Shown piece by piece: positions 18,133 through 27,924 of a DNA stretch of 64,000 nt; positions within the stretch are counted from its first letter, which is position 1; each line of letters opens with the position of its first letter. The translations under genes were made by a program, and so were the position numbers. This stretch comes from Candidatus Doudnabacteria bacterium. GTDB lineage: Bacteria; Patescibacteriota; Doudnabacteria; UBA920; 2-01-FULL-46-14. The DNA lies in assembly GCA_041497195.1 (NCBI GenBank), contig JBGQGB010000002.1:44140-108139 (forward strand), written 5' to 3'. The notes under the pieces are model-generated. The model made no database searches, had not been told where the DNA came from, and saw only the letters and a program-made list of their open reading frames with translations.

Positions 18133-19089
18133 ATGTCGTCTTCGAAATCCTCTCCATCCTCGTTTTGGGCTTCCATCTTGAGTTCGCTGCTTGTTTTGGC
18201 GATCGGTCTTGGCGCGTTCAATTATTACGCCCCCAACACAGTCCAGGATTTGCTGACAAGCGTGGTGGGCTGCCGCCTGCCCATGACGTATCGCGTCGGC
18301 AATGTCGATTCTCGTTTTGGCCTGAGCCAAGCTGACGCGCTCAACGCCGTCGCTGACGCGGAAGCGGTTTGGGAAAAGCCGGCCAATATCAATTTGTTCG
18401 CCTATGAGCCGGGCGGCCAGATCGTGATAAATTTTGTCTACGATGACCGGCAGAAAGAGACTGACCTGCTGAAAAAATTAAACCTGAACATTGACACGAC
18501 CCAGGCTTCGTTCAACCAGCTAAAAAACAAATACGACCAGCTGAAAGCCCAGCACGTTCAGGCTGACGCGGTTTACGAAGGGGACCTGGCTACTTTTCAG
18601 ACCAAGACCGCCGCGTATGACAAGGAGGTGTCCTATTGGAATTCGCAGGGCGGCGCGCCCAAGGCTGAGTACGACCGACTGACCAAGGAGCGCGATAGTT
18701 TAGCCAAGGACAAAACAGTACTTGAGGCCGAACGGGCCAATGTCAATCAGCTCGTCGACACTATCAACGCCTTGGTGGACGCGCTCAACCGCATCGGCAC
18801 CCAGCTCAATCTCGACATCAGCCAGTACAATACCAGCGGCTCTGACGTGCGCAAAGAGTTTGAGGAGGGGCTCTATTACGAAGACGCCAAAACCCGGCAA
18901 ATCAATATTTACCAATTTGAAAATCACCAAAAACTGGTCGATGTGCTCGCGCACGAGATGGGCCACGCGCTGGGCCTCGGGCACATCGCCGATCCGCATT
19001 CCGTCATGTACCGCCTGAACCAAAGCGAAAACCAGACTGTGACTGACCAGGACCTCGCTCTCTTGCGTACTGATTGTAAATTGCGCTAG
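18133..19089 (+). CDS. Matrixin-like (M10/metzincin) metalloprotease with inserted coiled coil
   Basis: HEMGHALGLGH zinc motif plus Met-turn SVM, N-terminal TM. Confidence 0.88.
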   Translation: MSSSKSSPSSFWASILSSLLVLAIGLGAFNYYAPNTVQDLLTSVVGCRLPMTYRVGNVDSRFGLSQADALNAVADAEAVWEKPANINLFAYEPGGQIVINFVYDDRQKETDLLKKLNLNIDTTQASFNQLKNKYDQLKAQHVQADAVYEGDLATFQTKTAAYDKEVSYWNSQGGAPKAEYDRLTKERDSLAKDKTVLEAERANVNQLVDTINALVDALNRIGTQLNLDISQYNTSGSDVRKEFEEGLYYEDAKTRQINIYQFENHQKLVDVLAHEMGHALGLGHIADPHSVMYRLNQSENQTVTDQDLALLRTDCKLR

Positions 19090-19185
19090 AGTGGTTTGCT
19101 ACTTAGATAGATACAAAGGTACGGGACCTCTTGTTTGCCAATGTGTTATAGTGAAGACGCATTTTAACCAAAGGAGACAAAAAAT

Positions 19186-19482
19186 ATGAACGGACAGCCA
19201 CCGCCTCAGCAAATCCAAATCCGCGCCAGTGATGCGGATCTCAAAGGAGTGTACAGCAACCTCATGCAGGTCGGGCACACGCAGGAAGAGTTTATGCTGG
19301 ATTTTTTCAATCTGCCGGCCGGCAGCGGCATGGGTATGCTAACCTCACGCATTATCTTGAGCCCCGGACACTGCAAGCGCATCCTGGAGGCTTTGAAAAC
19401 CAATGTCAAAGCCTACGAGGATCGGTATGGAAAAATTACCGCAGCTGAGGGGCCGAGCCAGGAGATCGGATTTAAGGTCTAA
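19186..19482 (+). CDS. DUF3467 domain protein
   Basis: GVYSNL..VGHTQEEFMLDF, SRIILSPGHCKR. Confidence 0.88.
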   Translation: MNGQPPPQQIQIRASDADLKGVYSNLMQVGHTQEEFMLDFFNLPAGSGMGMLTSRIILSPGHCKRILEALKTNVKAYEDRYGKITAAEGPSQEIGFKV

Positions 19483-19519
19483 AATTTTTAAAATTTAAGA
19501 AATAAAAAATAGAGAAAAT

Positions 19520-20068
19520 ATGGCTTACCAAACCTTTGAGGACCCGCCGGTAGCAAGGTATCTTTTTGCAAATACCAGCGTAGCCTGGTTTTGGCTCCTG
19601 GTCAGAGTCTATGTGGGCTGGGAGTGGCTCAAGGCCGGGTGGGGAAAGCTCGGCAATCCGGTTTGGACAGGGAATAAAGCTGGCACGGCTTTGTCTGGTT
19701 TTCTCCAAGGCGCTTTGGCCAAAACCGCCGGGGCGCACCCGGATGTGGCCGGCTGGTACGGGAGTTTTTTGCAACACACCGTGCTGCCGCACGCGGCCAC
19801 ATGGAGCTATGTGGTGGTTTGGGGGGAGATATTGGTCGGAGCAGCATTAATCCTGGGAATTTTCACCGGGATTGCGGCGTTTTTTGGCGGATTTATGAAT
19901 CTCAATTATTTGCTCGCTGGTACAGTGAGTTCCAATCCGGTTTTGTTCGTCCTGGGCATGGGGATAGTCTTGGCGTGGAAAGTGGCCGGCTACTGGGGGC
20001 TCGACCGCTATGTTTTGCCGCTTTTAGGCATGCCGTGGCGGCCAGGCAAGCTTTTTGCGAAAAAGTAG
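19520..20068 (+). CDS. DoxX/DoxD family membrane protein
   Basis: RVYVGWEWLKAGWGK, GEILVG.ALILG, NYLLAGTVS.NP, GLDR. Confidence 0.9.
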   Translation: MAYQTFEDPPVARYLFANTSVAWFWLLVRVYVGWEWLKAGWGKLGNPVWTGNKAGTALSGFLQGALAKTAGAHPDVAGWYGSFLQHTVLPHAATWSYVVVWGEILVGAALILGIFTGIAAFFGGFMNLNYLLAGTVSSNPVLFVLGMGIVLAWKVAGYWGLDRYVLPLLGMPWRPGKLFAKK

Positions 20069-20959
20069 CAATAATTTATTAGTGCAGCAAAAAAAAGACG
20101 ACCCCGAGTTGTAAGACACTCGAGGTCGTTTCGTGCCAATCTTTTTGGCAGTAGTTTTGGCGCGTCGTCGCGCGGGTTTGCGGCGGCCCGGGTCTTGGGA
20201 AAGATCAAGTCCAAGAGAATGGGCATAGGCAAGCACCGTGTCGGGATAACCATGGCTGCTGCCATAGTACTTCGTTAGCGCGAGTTTCCAGCTTTTCTGC
20301 CAGTACGCTTGCAGAAAGTTTGCCGCTGTAGCGAGCGCATCGAGCGGACGAGCGGGGTTGTCCAGGTCGACTATGCCGCAGCCGTCGATGTCCATGCCGT
20401 ATTTTTTGATGTTGGTTGGCATGATTTGGGTCCAGCCGACAGCACCATCACGAGAGCCTTTGATTTCGAAGCAGTTTTTCCCGGAGTCGCGGCAATACTC
20501 GGCGAGAGCAGCGAAGTTCTTCGCTTGCCAATGCCAGTCTCGGGAAGAAGTCATGGTGCGGAGCCAGAGCAGTTTGTAAGCTTCGTATTTGCCCTGATTG
20601 GAGCCGAGCTCGGATTCGATACCCGTGAGGCTAATGAGCGTTTGGCTCGGGACGTGAGACGTGGTTTCAATTTGTTGCAGCCCGACCGCTTGCTCTTGGA
20701 GGAAAGCCATGCCTTTGCCGACGAAGTCAGGAGAAAGGAATTTTTCCTTGAGATTCGCCCAGGTAGTGCGCTCTTCCTCGACTGGTTTCATGGGCATCTG
20801 AAGCTTCGGGTCAGCTGTGATTGTGCCCGCTTGCTCTCTGGTGAATCCACGTTTTACGAGAAGCTTTTGCACGTAGGCGACTCGTTGCGCCACGATGGGT
20901 GGTTTTTTGAAAGTGTGTATGGTTACTGAAGCCAAAACAAGTGTGAGCGTTAAGAACAT
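20024..20959 (-). CDS. Lytic murein transglycosylase (MltB/SLT_2-like); 3' end uncertain
   Basis: GIES.LG, GS..GAVGWTQIMPTN..YG.D.DG.G.VDL, DALATAANFL. Confidence 0.8.
   Translation of the reverse strand: MFLTLTLVLASVTIHTFKKPPIVAQRVAYVQKLLVKRGFTREQAGTITADPKLQMPMKPVEEERTTWANLKEKFLSPDFVGKGMAFLQEQAVGLQQIETTSHVPSQTLISLTGIESELGSNQGKYEAYKLLWLRTMTSSRDWHWQAKNFAALAEYCRDSGKNCFEIKGSRDGAVGWTQIMPTNIKKYGMDIDGCGIVDLDNPARPLDALATAANFLQAYWQKSWKLALTKYYGSSHGYPDTVLAYAHSLGLDLSQDPGRRKPARRRAKTTAKKIGTKRPRVSYNSGSSFFCCTNKLLLLFRKKLAWPPRHA
20089..20131 (-). terminator. Intrinsic terminator (lies inside the 20024-20959 frame)
   Basis: ACGACCTCGAGT..ACTCGGGGTCGT stem followed by a T-run on the minus strand. Confidence 0.65.
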
Positions 20960-21064
20960 AGAGCCCCCTTGTGGTTTTGCCAGTAGCGTAGCAGATTTGC
21001 GGGGTTTAAAAAAATACGCCAGCCTGATTGGGAAGTTTTCAGGCTGGCTCCCGGCAAGGAAGAT

Positions 21065-21433
21065 TTAAACGTACTTAACGCTGATGGCGCGGGATTCGCG
21101 CGGGCCTTCTCTAAGCTGAGTTGTCTCAGGGAGACCGGGGATGTTCATCCGGTATTCGGCGAAAGCGATGGCATTTTCCTGAGCTTTCATTAAGATTGGA
21201 AGAAGCTTAGCAAAAATTGCCCCGGCGTTGCTTAGTGGATCGTCGATTTTTTTGCTGTTCACTGCGATCCATCCATTGGCAGCTACTTCAACCGCCATTG
21301 CGTGTTTTTTCAGCCGGGTACGATGCGGAGGACTTCCGCGGCGACCTGGCTTTACGCGACGATAGGCCTGCACTCTATTACGGAAAGTTTTAAGTGCCGC
21401 AATCAGAGCAGGTAGTGCATCCTCTTTTGCCAT
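21065..21433 (-). CDS. Hypothetical protein
   Basis: GGAGG SD, open frame. Confidence 0.65.
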   Translation of the reverse strand: MAKEDALPALIAALKTFRNRVQAYRRVKPGRRGSPPHRTRLKKHAMAVEVAANGWIAVNSKKIDDPLSNAGAIFAKLLPILMKAQENAIAFAEYRMNIPGLPETTQLREGPRESRAISVKYV

Positions 21434-21584
21434 ACGTATCCTCCGTTTGGAACTTTGGTCATTGTAGGTAAATCCGATTGCAGTAGCAAGGGCAGCAATA
21501 CCTTGATAATCTTTGGGCAGAAAAAAACAGGCGCCGATCCCGTGAGGGCGGCGCCTGGAGGAAACTGGCCTCTGGCGGCGGAAA

Positions 21585-21950
21585 TTAGTTGACCGGGCCT
21601 TTCAGTTTGAGGGCAGTGTGTATTTGTTGCGAGAGAATCTCAAAGTCATCACAGATCCTAGGATTGATATTGGCGTCGTGTTCGAACTTGAGAATCTCAA
21701 GTTTTTGGGACGTTCGGTCTTGCGGCAGCCTGATGCGGTCCACCTCAGAGGCAATCCTTCGGAAAAGCTCCGGCTGGTGGACCCAAATATCGTACTGACC
21801 CATTTCTGCAAGAGTGTGGCGTCCGTCACTGCGCGAATAGATTGGAACAAATGTTGTAGTCCGCTCGTCGAAGACACTGACGATATAATATGCTTCTGAA
21901 CAGCTCGGGCAAGGCTCCACAAACACCTCGATCTTTCGAGCGTTTGGCAT
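21585..21950 (-). CDS. Hypothetical protein with CxxC
   Basis: AAGGAGG SD, CPSC, terminator at about 21521-21557. Confidence 0.65.
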   Translation of the reverse strand: MPNARKIEVFVEPCPSCSEAYYIVSVFDERTTTFVPIYSRSDGRHTLAEMGQYDIWVHQPELFRRIASEVDRIRLPQDRTSQKLEILKFEHDANINPRICDDFEILSQQIHTALKLKGPVN

Positions 21951-22066
21951 GGGTCCTCCTTACACTAAATAATATAGCTCACAAATATAGCGTATCTTGG
22001 CGCCAGAGTCAAGAGGCACGCCATCTCTCGGTTTTTTTTGCGCGAAGTTTGGAGTACAATTGGCAT

Positions 22067-23194
22067 ATGGAACCGCTCGCTTCAAAAATCAGACCCAAAA
22101 ATCTCGAGGAATTCGTCGGGCAAGAGCATCTGGTCGGCACCGGCAAACCCGTCCGCGAGGCCATGGTCCAGAAGCATTTATTTTCTTTCATACTCTGGGG
22201 TCCGCCCGGCGTGGGTAAAACCACGCTCGCAAAGATTTACGCGCGCGCACTGGATGCCAAAATTTATGAACTCTCGGCCGTGAACGCAGGCAAGGACGAC
22301 ATCCGCAAGATCGTCAACGACGAGTCGAGCGGGCAAGCGAAAGTTTTGTTCTTAGACGAAATTCACCGTTTCAACAAAGCTCAGCAGGACGTGCTTTTGC
22401 CGTATGTGGAGCGCGGGGATATTACTTTGATTGGCGCTACCACGGAGAATCCGAGCTTTGAGGTCATCTCTCCCCTGCTGTCGCGCTGTCGGGTGTTCGT
22501 GCTCAATGAGCTCAATCGCGACGAGATGGCCCAAATCATCGCCAGGACCGGATTTGCGATTGATGACGAAGCGCGAGACTGGCTCATTAGTATGGCCAAT
22601 GGGGACGCACGGCAGGCGATCACTCTTCTGGAGAATACCGAGAAACTTTTTGGGAAGATTACAGTTGAGCATCTACAGACTGCTTTGCAGTCGAAGTTTT
22701 TGCGTTATGATAAAAAAGGCGAAGAGCATTACAATACCATCAGCGCTTTTATCAAAAGCATGCGCGCCAGCCAGCCTGACGCGGCGCTGTATTATCTGGC
22801 CCGCATGATTGATGCGGGAGAGGATCCCAAATTCATCGCCCGGCGCATGGTCATCTTTGCCAGCGAAGACATTGGCTTGGCCCAGCCCACAGCGCTGGTC
22901 GTCGCCAATGATGTTTTCCGCGCCTGTGAGACTATCGGCTTGCCGGAATGCGCTATCAATCTCGCTCACGGAGTCGCCTATCTTGCTTCAGCGAAGAAAG
23001 ACCGGTCAGCATATGATGCGTATATGCAGGCAATGGCAGATGTAAAAGAATACGGCAATCTCCCTATTCCTCTAAAAATCAGAAACGCGCCGACCAAGCT
23101 CATGAAAGACCTCGGCTATGGCCAGGGTTATGAAAAATATACGAGAGATGATTTGCTGCCAGAGGCGTTGAAGGGGAAGAAGTATTTAAAATAA
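22067..23194 (+). CDS. rarA: Replication-associated recombination protein A (MgsA/RarA)
   Basis: PLA..RP, WGPPGVGKT, DEIHRFNKAQQD, GATTENP, ISAFIKSMR, ASEDIGLA. Confidence 0.96.
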   Translation: MEPLASKIRPKNLEEFVGQEHLVGTGKPVREAMVQKHLFSFILWGPPGVGKTTLAKIYARALDAKIYELSAVNAGKDDIRKIVNDESSGQAKVLFLDEIHRFNKAQQDVLLPYVERGDITLIGATTENPSFEVISPLLSRCRVFVLNELNRDEMAQIIARTGFAIDDEARDWLISMANGDARQAITLLENTEKLFGKITVEHLQTALQSKFLRYDKKGEEHYNTISAFIKSMRASQPDAALYYLARMIDAGEDPKFIARRMVIFASEDIGLAQPTALVVANDVFRACETIGLPECAINLAHGVAYLASAKKDRSAYDAYMQAMADVKEYGNLPIPLKIRNAPTKLMKDLGYGQGYEKYTRDDLLPEALKGKKYLK

Positions 23195-23217
23195 TTTTTT
23201 ATGTTAAAATATTAAAT

Positions 23218-23757
23218 ATGAATGATGAAACGCAAGTTATAGTTTTCGGCGGGGGATGCTTCTGGTGTACTGAGGCAGTGGTCGAAAGATTAAAGGGTGT
23301 TGTATCTGTCGACTCTGGCTATGCGGGAGGAGACGTGGAAGATCCGACCTATGAGCAGGTGTCCAGCGGCCGGACGGGTCATGCGGAAGTGATTAGAATC
23401 GAATACGACCCGGCGGTCCTCACGCTTCACGATCTTTTGTCCGTGTTTTTCACCACGCACGACCCGACTACCCTCAATCAGCAGGGGGCTGATATGGGTA
23501 CGCAATATCGCTCGATCATCCTCTACACGACTGAGGAGCAGCGGCAGGAGTGCGAAAAATTCATCAAAGACCTGGAAGTTTCCAAGACTTTCAGTCAGCC
23601 GATCGTGACTGAGGTGAAGCCGCTCGAGAAATTCTACGAAGCCGAGGAATATCACAAGCGCTATTACGATAACAATGCCGACAAGCCGTACTGCCAGGTG
23701 GTCATCAATCCGAAACTGGCGAAATTGCGGCAGAAGTACAGCAAACTTTTGAAATAG
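23218..23757 (+). CDS. msrA: Peptide-methionine (S)-S-oxide reductase
   Basis: GGGCFWC, TGHAEV, HDPTT, QYRS, AEEYH. Confidence 0.97.
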   Translation: MNDETQVIVFGGGCFWCTEAVVERLKGVVSVDSGYAGGDVEDPTYEQVSSGRTGHAEVIRIEYDPAVLTLHDLLSVFFTTHDPTTLNQQGADMGTQYRSIILYTTEEQRQECEKFIKDLEVSKTFSQPIVTEVKPLEKFYEAEEYHKRYYDNNADKPYCQVVINPKLAKLRQKYSKLLK

Positions 23758-23774
23758 TTCCGCCCAAACCATTC

Positions 23775-24947
23775 ATGTCCCAGGCAGTCATCCTCAAACC
23801 AGGCAAAGAAAAGGCGGCCTTCAATCGGCATCATTGGATTTTTTCCGGCGCTGTCGCGCAGATGCCGGATTTTGAGGACGGCCAAATTCTCCCGGTCGAG
23901 TCCAGTGCCGGGCAGATGCTCGGGCACGCCTATTTCAACCGCCACTCCGGAATTATTGGACGTTTTGTTTCATTCGGCGCATCAGCTCCGGAAGCTGCTA
24001 TACTCAATCATTTGGAGGAGGCGTACAAACTGAGACAAAATTTGTTTGACGGGTCGGATACGACCGCGTACCGTTTGGTAAATGCCGAAGGCGACAGTCT
24101 GCCCGGGCTAACAATCGATCGATACGAGGATAGTTTGGTTTTGCAAATCACCACTCTCGGGATGGAAAAGCTGAAGCCGTTGATTTTGGATTGGCTCGGT
24201 AAGAATCTCGAGCCAAAAGGTATTTATGAACGGTCGGATTTGTCTGCGCGCAAAGAAGAAGGGATGCCGGAATATGCAGGCTGGCTCGGGCCTGCGGCTG
24301 AAACACAGATTGATTTTCGGGAGAACGGGCTCAAATTTCGGGCTGACATCGCTGTCGGGCAGAAGACTGGTTTTTTTCTGGATCAGCGCGAGATGCGCAG
24401 CCTGGTGAAGTCCCACTCCCGCGGCCGCAAGGTGCTCAACTGCTTCGCCTATACCGGGGCTTTTGGAGTGTACGCCTTGGCCGGGGGCGCCGTACGAGCT
24501 GACGCAGTGGAAATTTCCGAAAACGCCAAAGAGCTTTTTGAATATCATCTGCAGGCGAACGGGTTTGGTCCAGATCAAGGGAATTTTTTCGCCGCTGACG
24601 TGTTTGATTTTTTACGCAGCGACGGAGTCGCCGGTTATGACTTTGTAATTTTGGATCCGCCCGCTTTCGCCAAGCGGAAGACCGACATAGTGCGGGCGGC
24701 GCGCGGGTACAAGGACATCAACCGGCTGGCCATAAAAAATGTTAATCCGGGTGGATTGGTCCTGACTTCCTCGTGTTCTTATTTCGTGGATGAGAAGCTT
24801 TTTCGTCAGGTCGTATTTCAGGCGGCCGCCGAGGCTGGCCGCGACGTCAAAATCATCGGGAAGCATCGTCTCGCGCCGGATCACCCGATAAACATTTATC
24901 ATCCGGAAGGGGAATATCTGAAAAGCTTTTTGCTTCATGTAGCGTAA
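23775..24947 (+). CDS. rlmI: RlmI-like class I SAM-dependent rRNA methyltransferase
   Basis: HHWIFSG, EGD.LPGL, GQKTGFFLDQR, VLNCFAYTG, ILDPPAF, YLK. Confidence 0.9.
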   Translation: MSQAVILKPGKEKAAFNRHHWIFSGAVAQMPDFEDGQILPVESSAGQMLGHAYFNRHSGIIGRFVSFGASAPEAAILNHLEEAYKLRQNLFDGSDTTAYRLVNAEGDSLPGLTIDRYEDSLVLQITTLGMEKLKPLILDWLGKNLEPKGIYERSDLSARKEEGMPEYAGWLGPAAETQIDFRENGLKFRADIAVGQKTGFFLDQREMRSLVKSHSRGRKVLNCFAYTGAFGVYALAGGAVRADAVEISENAKELFEYHLQANGFGPDQGNFFAADVFDFLRSDGVAGYDFVILDPPAFAKRKTDIVRAARGYKDINRLAIKNVNPGGLVLTSSCSYFVDEKLFRQVVFQAAAEAGRDVKIIGKHRLAPDHPINIYHPEGEYLKSFLLHVA

Positions 24948-25036
24948 AGAATGGTCGGTGTCAGGGCATATGTTGTGCGCGAGCGAATCTGGTATAATAT
25001 AGGGTACTTGGAGTTAAATAAGAAGGTATTTTTCAT

Positions 25037-25204
25037 ATGGATCCAAATAAGGATACAACCCCTCTAATAGGCAAGCAGTGCAAGTCCTGCAGCCACCCGG
25101 CTGGGGCGCACCAGTACGCCATAGACGAGGATGAGGAAGAACGCGATATGCTGGGCACGGCCTGCACTACGGATGGGTGCTCTTGTGCCGAATTTCGCGA
25201 ATAG
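25037..25204 (+). CDS. Small Cys/His-rich probable metal-binding protein (55 aa, not in the ORF track)
   Basis: MDPNKDTTPLIGKQCKSCSHPAGAHQYAIDEDEEERDMLGTACTTDGCSCAEFRE*; TATAAT upstream. Confidence 0.7.
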   Translation: MDPNKDTTPLIGKQCKSCSHPAGAHQYAIDEDEEERDMLGTACTTDGCSCAEFRE

Positions 25205-25208
25205 TCCT

Positions 25209-25568
25209 ATGCGTATTTTACTTCATTGGTTTTTGTCAGCGCTTGCAATTGTGATCGTGGCTTACCTCTTGCCAGGCGTGAGCTTGAGCGGTTTTTTGCC
25301 GGCCCTGGTCTTGGCTGTAGTCCTGGGGCTTATCAATGCCGTGTTGCGCCCGTTGTTGCTGATACTGACCTTGCCGATTAATGTTTTATCCCTGGGATTG
25401 TTCACTTTAGTCATCAACGGACTGCTCATTGAGTTGGCGGGCGTCATTGTCCCTGGGTTTCACGTCCGGAGTTTTTGGTGGGCGATGCTTTTCAGCATAG
25501 TTTTGTTTTTGGTCAATTGGATTATTAAAAGCGTAGAGCGGCCGGTGAGCGGGCCGCCAGGAGTATAA
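25209..25568 (+). CDS. Phage holin family (YvlD/DUF360-like) membrane protein
   Basis: VLGLINAVLRPLL.ILTLPIN.LSLGLF.LVING, VPGF.V. Confidence 0.9.
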   Translation: MRILLHWFLSALAIVIVAYLLPGVSLSGFLPALVLAVVLGLINAVLRPLLLILTLPINVLSLGLFTLVINGLLIELAGVIVPGFHVRSFWWAMLFSIVLFLVNWIIKSVERPVSGPPGV

Positions 25569-25574
25569 AAGAAT

Positions 25575-25862
25575 ATGGGTGAGACATCAAACGCAGATTT
25601 TAGACAACTTGTACCGGAGCAGAAACTAGGCAGAGGGCCTTTCAGTCAGCTCCAGGGTGAGATAAATGATACTTCGATTGAATTTTTGCAGAAAGAGGAT
25701 TTGTTATCGCAGGCTAGAGTATTCTATCGGAGCGTTCCGGAGGATATTCGTGAAGCTAAAATTATGGAAGATTTGAAAAGTATATGTGGGATTTTGGACA
25801 GTGTTGGCGACAAGGAAAAGGCCCAATATTTATACGATTTGTTTGGTTTCGAAAAAGTTTGA
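25575..25862 (+). CDS. Hypothetical protein
   Basis: Open frame, followed by a terminator. Confidence 0.6.
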   Translation: MGETSNADFRQLVPEQKLGRGPFSQLQGEINDTSIEFLQKEDLLSQARVFYRSVPEDIREAKIMEDLKSICGILDSVGDKEKAQYLYDLFGFEKV

Positions 25863-25893
25863 GTAATGGGCGTAATGCGGGAGGCTCAAGATT

Positions 25894-25925
25894 AAAAAAA
25901 GCGCGCCTTAGGCCGCGCTTTTTTT
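25894..25925. terminator. Bidirectional intrinsic terminator
   Basis: A7-GCGCGCC..GGCCGCGC-T7. Confidence 0.75.
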
Positions 25926-25943
25926 AATCAGTCCAAATCAACT

Positions 25944-27089
25944 CTAGCGGCTGTCCATGAGGAGTTCCTTGGCCATCCGCAGCATACCGCCAAAGGTCAT
26001 GAGATAAAGGATGGTGGCTGCCAGCCATCCGATGATTGGAATCCAAGTAATGATGGCCAGGATTGTGAGGCCCAAGACAACATTTCGCCAGTCACTCGGT
26101 TCATACTGGTTTTTCGTCAGATAAGGCAGGAGCAGAGAGCCGAGGAAAATCCCGGTGATGAGGGCGGTGATAAGTGAGATGAGCCCAAACCACGCGCCTA
26201 CAACTATGGCGGCGTAGTAGCCGACCACAGTCAGCAGAAGAATCAAAACCGTAACTGGTATGGCGATGGCGCCGAGAGCGCCGATGCCGAGATTGGCCCA
26301 GGGATTGTCCCGGGTATGTTTAATAACAGTCTCGACCCGTTTTTTCAGAAAGTGCGCCAGCAAGAGTCCGGCGAGAAGCATGGCTATAAATTTCAGCAGA
26401 GCAAATGCGCCCAAAGCTTTTCTGATGTTTGCCAAGCCGTTGAAGCCGGGTGTTTTGGTAAACTCTATGGCTGACAGTTGGGCGCCGTCACTGACTGTGG
26501 CAGGTGCCGGGCCCTGGTACTTGATTTTTCCGGAAATTTGCGCGTTCGGCCCGAATACGAGTGATTTGCTGGCTCGGATAGAAACATTGCCGTCGATTTT
26601 GCTGTTGATGGTGACTGACCCGCCGGCGATTTTCGCGCTTCCCTTGACCGGCCGTTCCAGGACGATGTTTCCTCCGGCCGCGACTACGTCGCCGCCAACC
26701 GGGTTTGAGCTATATAACCAAATGCTGCCGCCGGCCGCGAGAATGTCTCCGCCAACCTGGCCGTTGATATTGACGCTGCCGCCTGAGGCGCGGACGTTAC
26801 TGCCGACATTGCCGCTGATATTGATGCTCCCTCCCGCGGCGGCAAGGTCTTGCTCGACTGGGCCGGCAATCTGCAGCGACCCTCCGGCTGCAAACAAATC
26901 GCCCGAGGTTTTACCTTCAATGAAGACATTCCCTCCGGCTGTGTAGAGATTTTTGTGCGCTTCGCTCGCCGCCACGGAAACGGTTCCATTTTGCGGTTGT
27001 TTCGGAAACAAAAACTCCGCAGCCCGGACAGGAGCCGCGACCAGCAGTACCAGGGCCGCGAGGCTTGTTATTGCGGTTATTTTTTTCAT
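25944..27089 (-). CDS. Secreted/membrane protein with bactofilin-like beta-helix repeats and C-terminal TM bundle
   Basis: Repeated GD(L/V)xAAGGxIxIxGxV units, then 4-5 TM helices. Confidence 0.8.
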   Translation of the reverse strand: MKKITAITSLAALVLLVAAPVRAAEFLFPKQPQNGTVSVAASEAHKNLYTAGGNVFIEGKTSGDLFAAGGSLQIAGPVEQDLAAAGGSINISGNVGSNVRASGGSVNINGQVGGDILAAGGSIWLYSSNPVGGDVVAAGGNIVLERPVKGSAKIAGGSVTINSKIDGNVSIRASKSLVFGPNAQISGKIKYQGPAPATVSDGAQLSAIEFTKTPGFNGLANIRKALGAFALLKFIAMLLAGLLLAHFLKKRVETVIKHTRDNPWANLGIGALGAIAIPVTVLILLLTVVGYYAAIVVGAWFGLISLITALITGIFLGSLLLPYLTKNQYEPSDWRNVVLGLTILAIITWIPIIGWLAATILYLMTFGGMLRMAKELLMDSR

Positions 27090-27166
27090 TGGTTATCCTT
27101 TCAGGTTAACTATTTGATATCATGATACACTATTTTTTGGTACTATTGAAGAAATGAAAAAAAGCA

Positions 27167-27881
27167 ATGAACAAATTTTCAAGCCTCCAGCATGATTTTC
27201 GCAAAAGCGCGGATCCCGGAAGGGCCCAGATTTTTGGCTCGGTTTTTCAAAACCGGCCAAGGCGACTATGGGCATGGGGACGTATTTTTGGGGCTGACAG
27301 TACCGCAGTCGCGCAAAATCGCCGAGCAATACGCGGATTTGTCTTTGGTAGACATCAAAAAGTTGCTGCGTTCAAAAATTCATGAGCAGCGCTTGGTCGC
27401 GTTGCTGATTTTGGTTTCGCAATTTACGAGAGCAGGCGCGTTTCGGCAAACGAGAATATTCCGGTTTTACCTTGCCCATTCCCGGCTCGTCAACAACTGG
27501 GATCTGGCGGATTTGTCCGCGGACAAAATAGTCGGCGCATATCTTTTCCGCCGCGGGAGCCTAGGAATTTTGGAGAAATTTGCTGGCTCTTCCGACCTTT
27601 GGCAGCGGCGCATCGCCATTGTCGCGACGTTTCATTTCATCAAAAACGGGCAGTCCGGCCCGACGCTCCGGATTGCCAAGAAACTTTTGCGTGATCAACA
27701 TGATCTGATTCACAAAGCGGTTGGGTGGATGTTGCGGGAAGTGGGCAAGCGCTGTTCGCAGGCAGAGGAAGAGAGGTTTTTGCGTAAAAATTATCGAAAA
27801 ATGCCCAGGACTATGCTCCGGTATGCTATCGAACGATTTCCCCGTCCTCTGCAGCGTAAGTACCTTGCTGGAAAAATTTGA
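27167..27881 (+). CDS. alkD: DNA alkylation repair protein (AlkD family), frameshift at T5 27231-27235
   Basis: FFKTG.G.YG.GD.FLG, VNNWDLAD, LW.RRIAIV, DLIHKAVGWMLRE, MPRTMLRYAIE; the N-terminus lies in another frame. Confidence 0.85.
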
Positions 27882-27882
27882 T

Positions 27883-27921
27883 AAAAAAATCGGGACGCTC
27901 CTTTTGTGAGGGGCGTCCCGG
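27883..27921 (-). terminator. Intrinsic terminator
   Basis: CGGGACGC..GCGTCCCG stem plus A/T run between convergent genes. Confidence 0.7.
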
Positions 27922-27924
27922 GTT

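Noticed and set aside
25209-25568. Phage lysis cassette
   Set aside because: YvlD/DUF360-like proteins are common chromosomal membrane proteins; no endolysin or phage genes are adjacent
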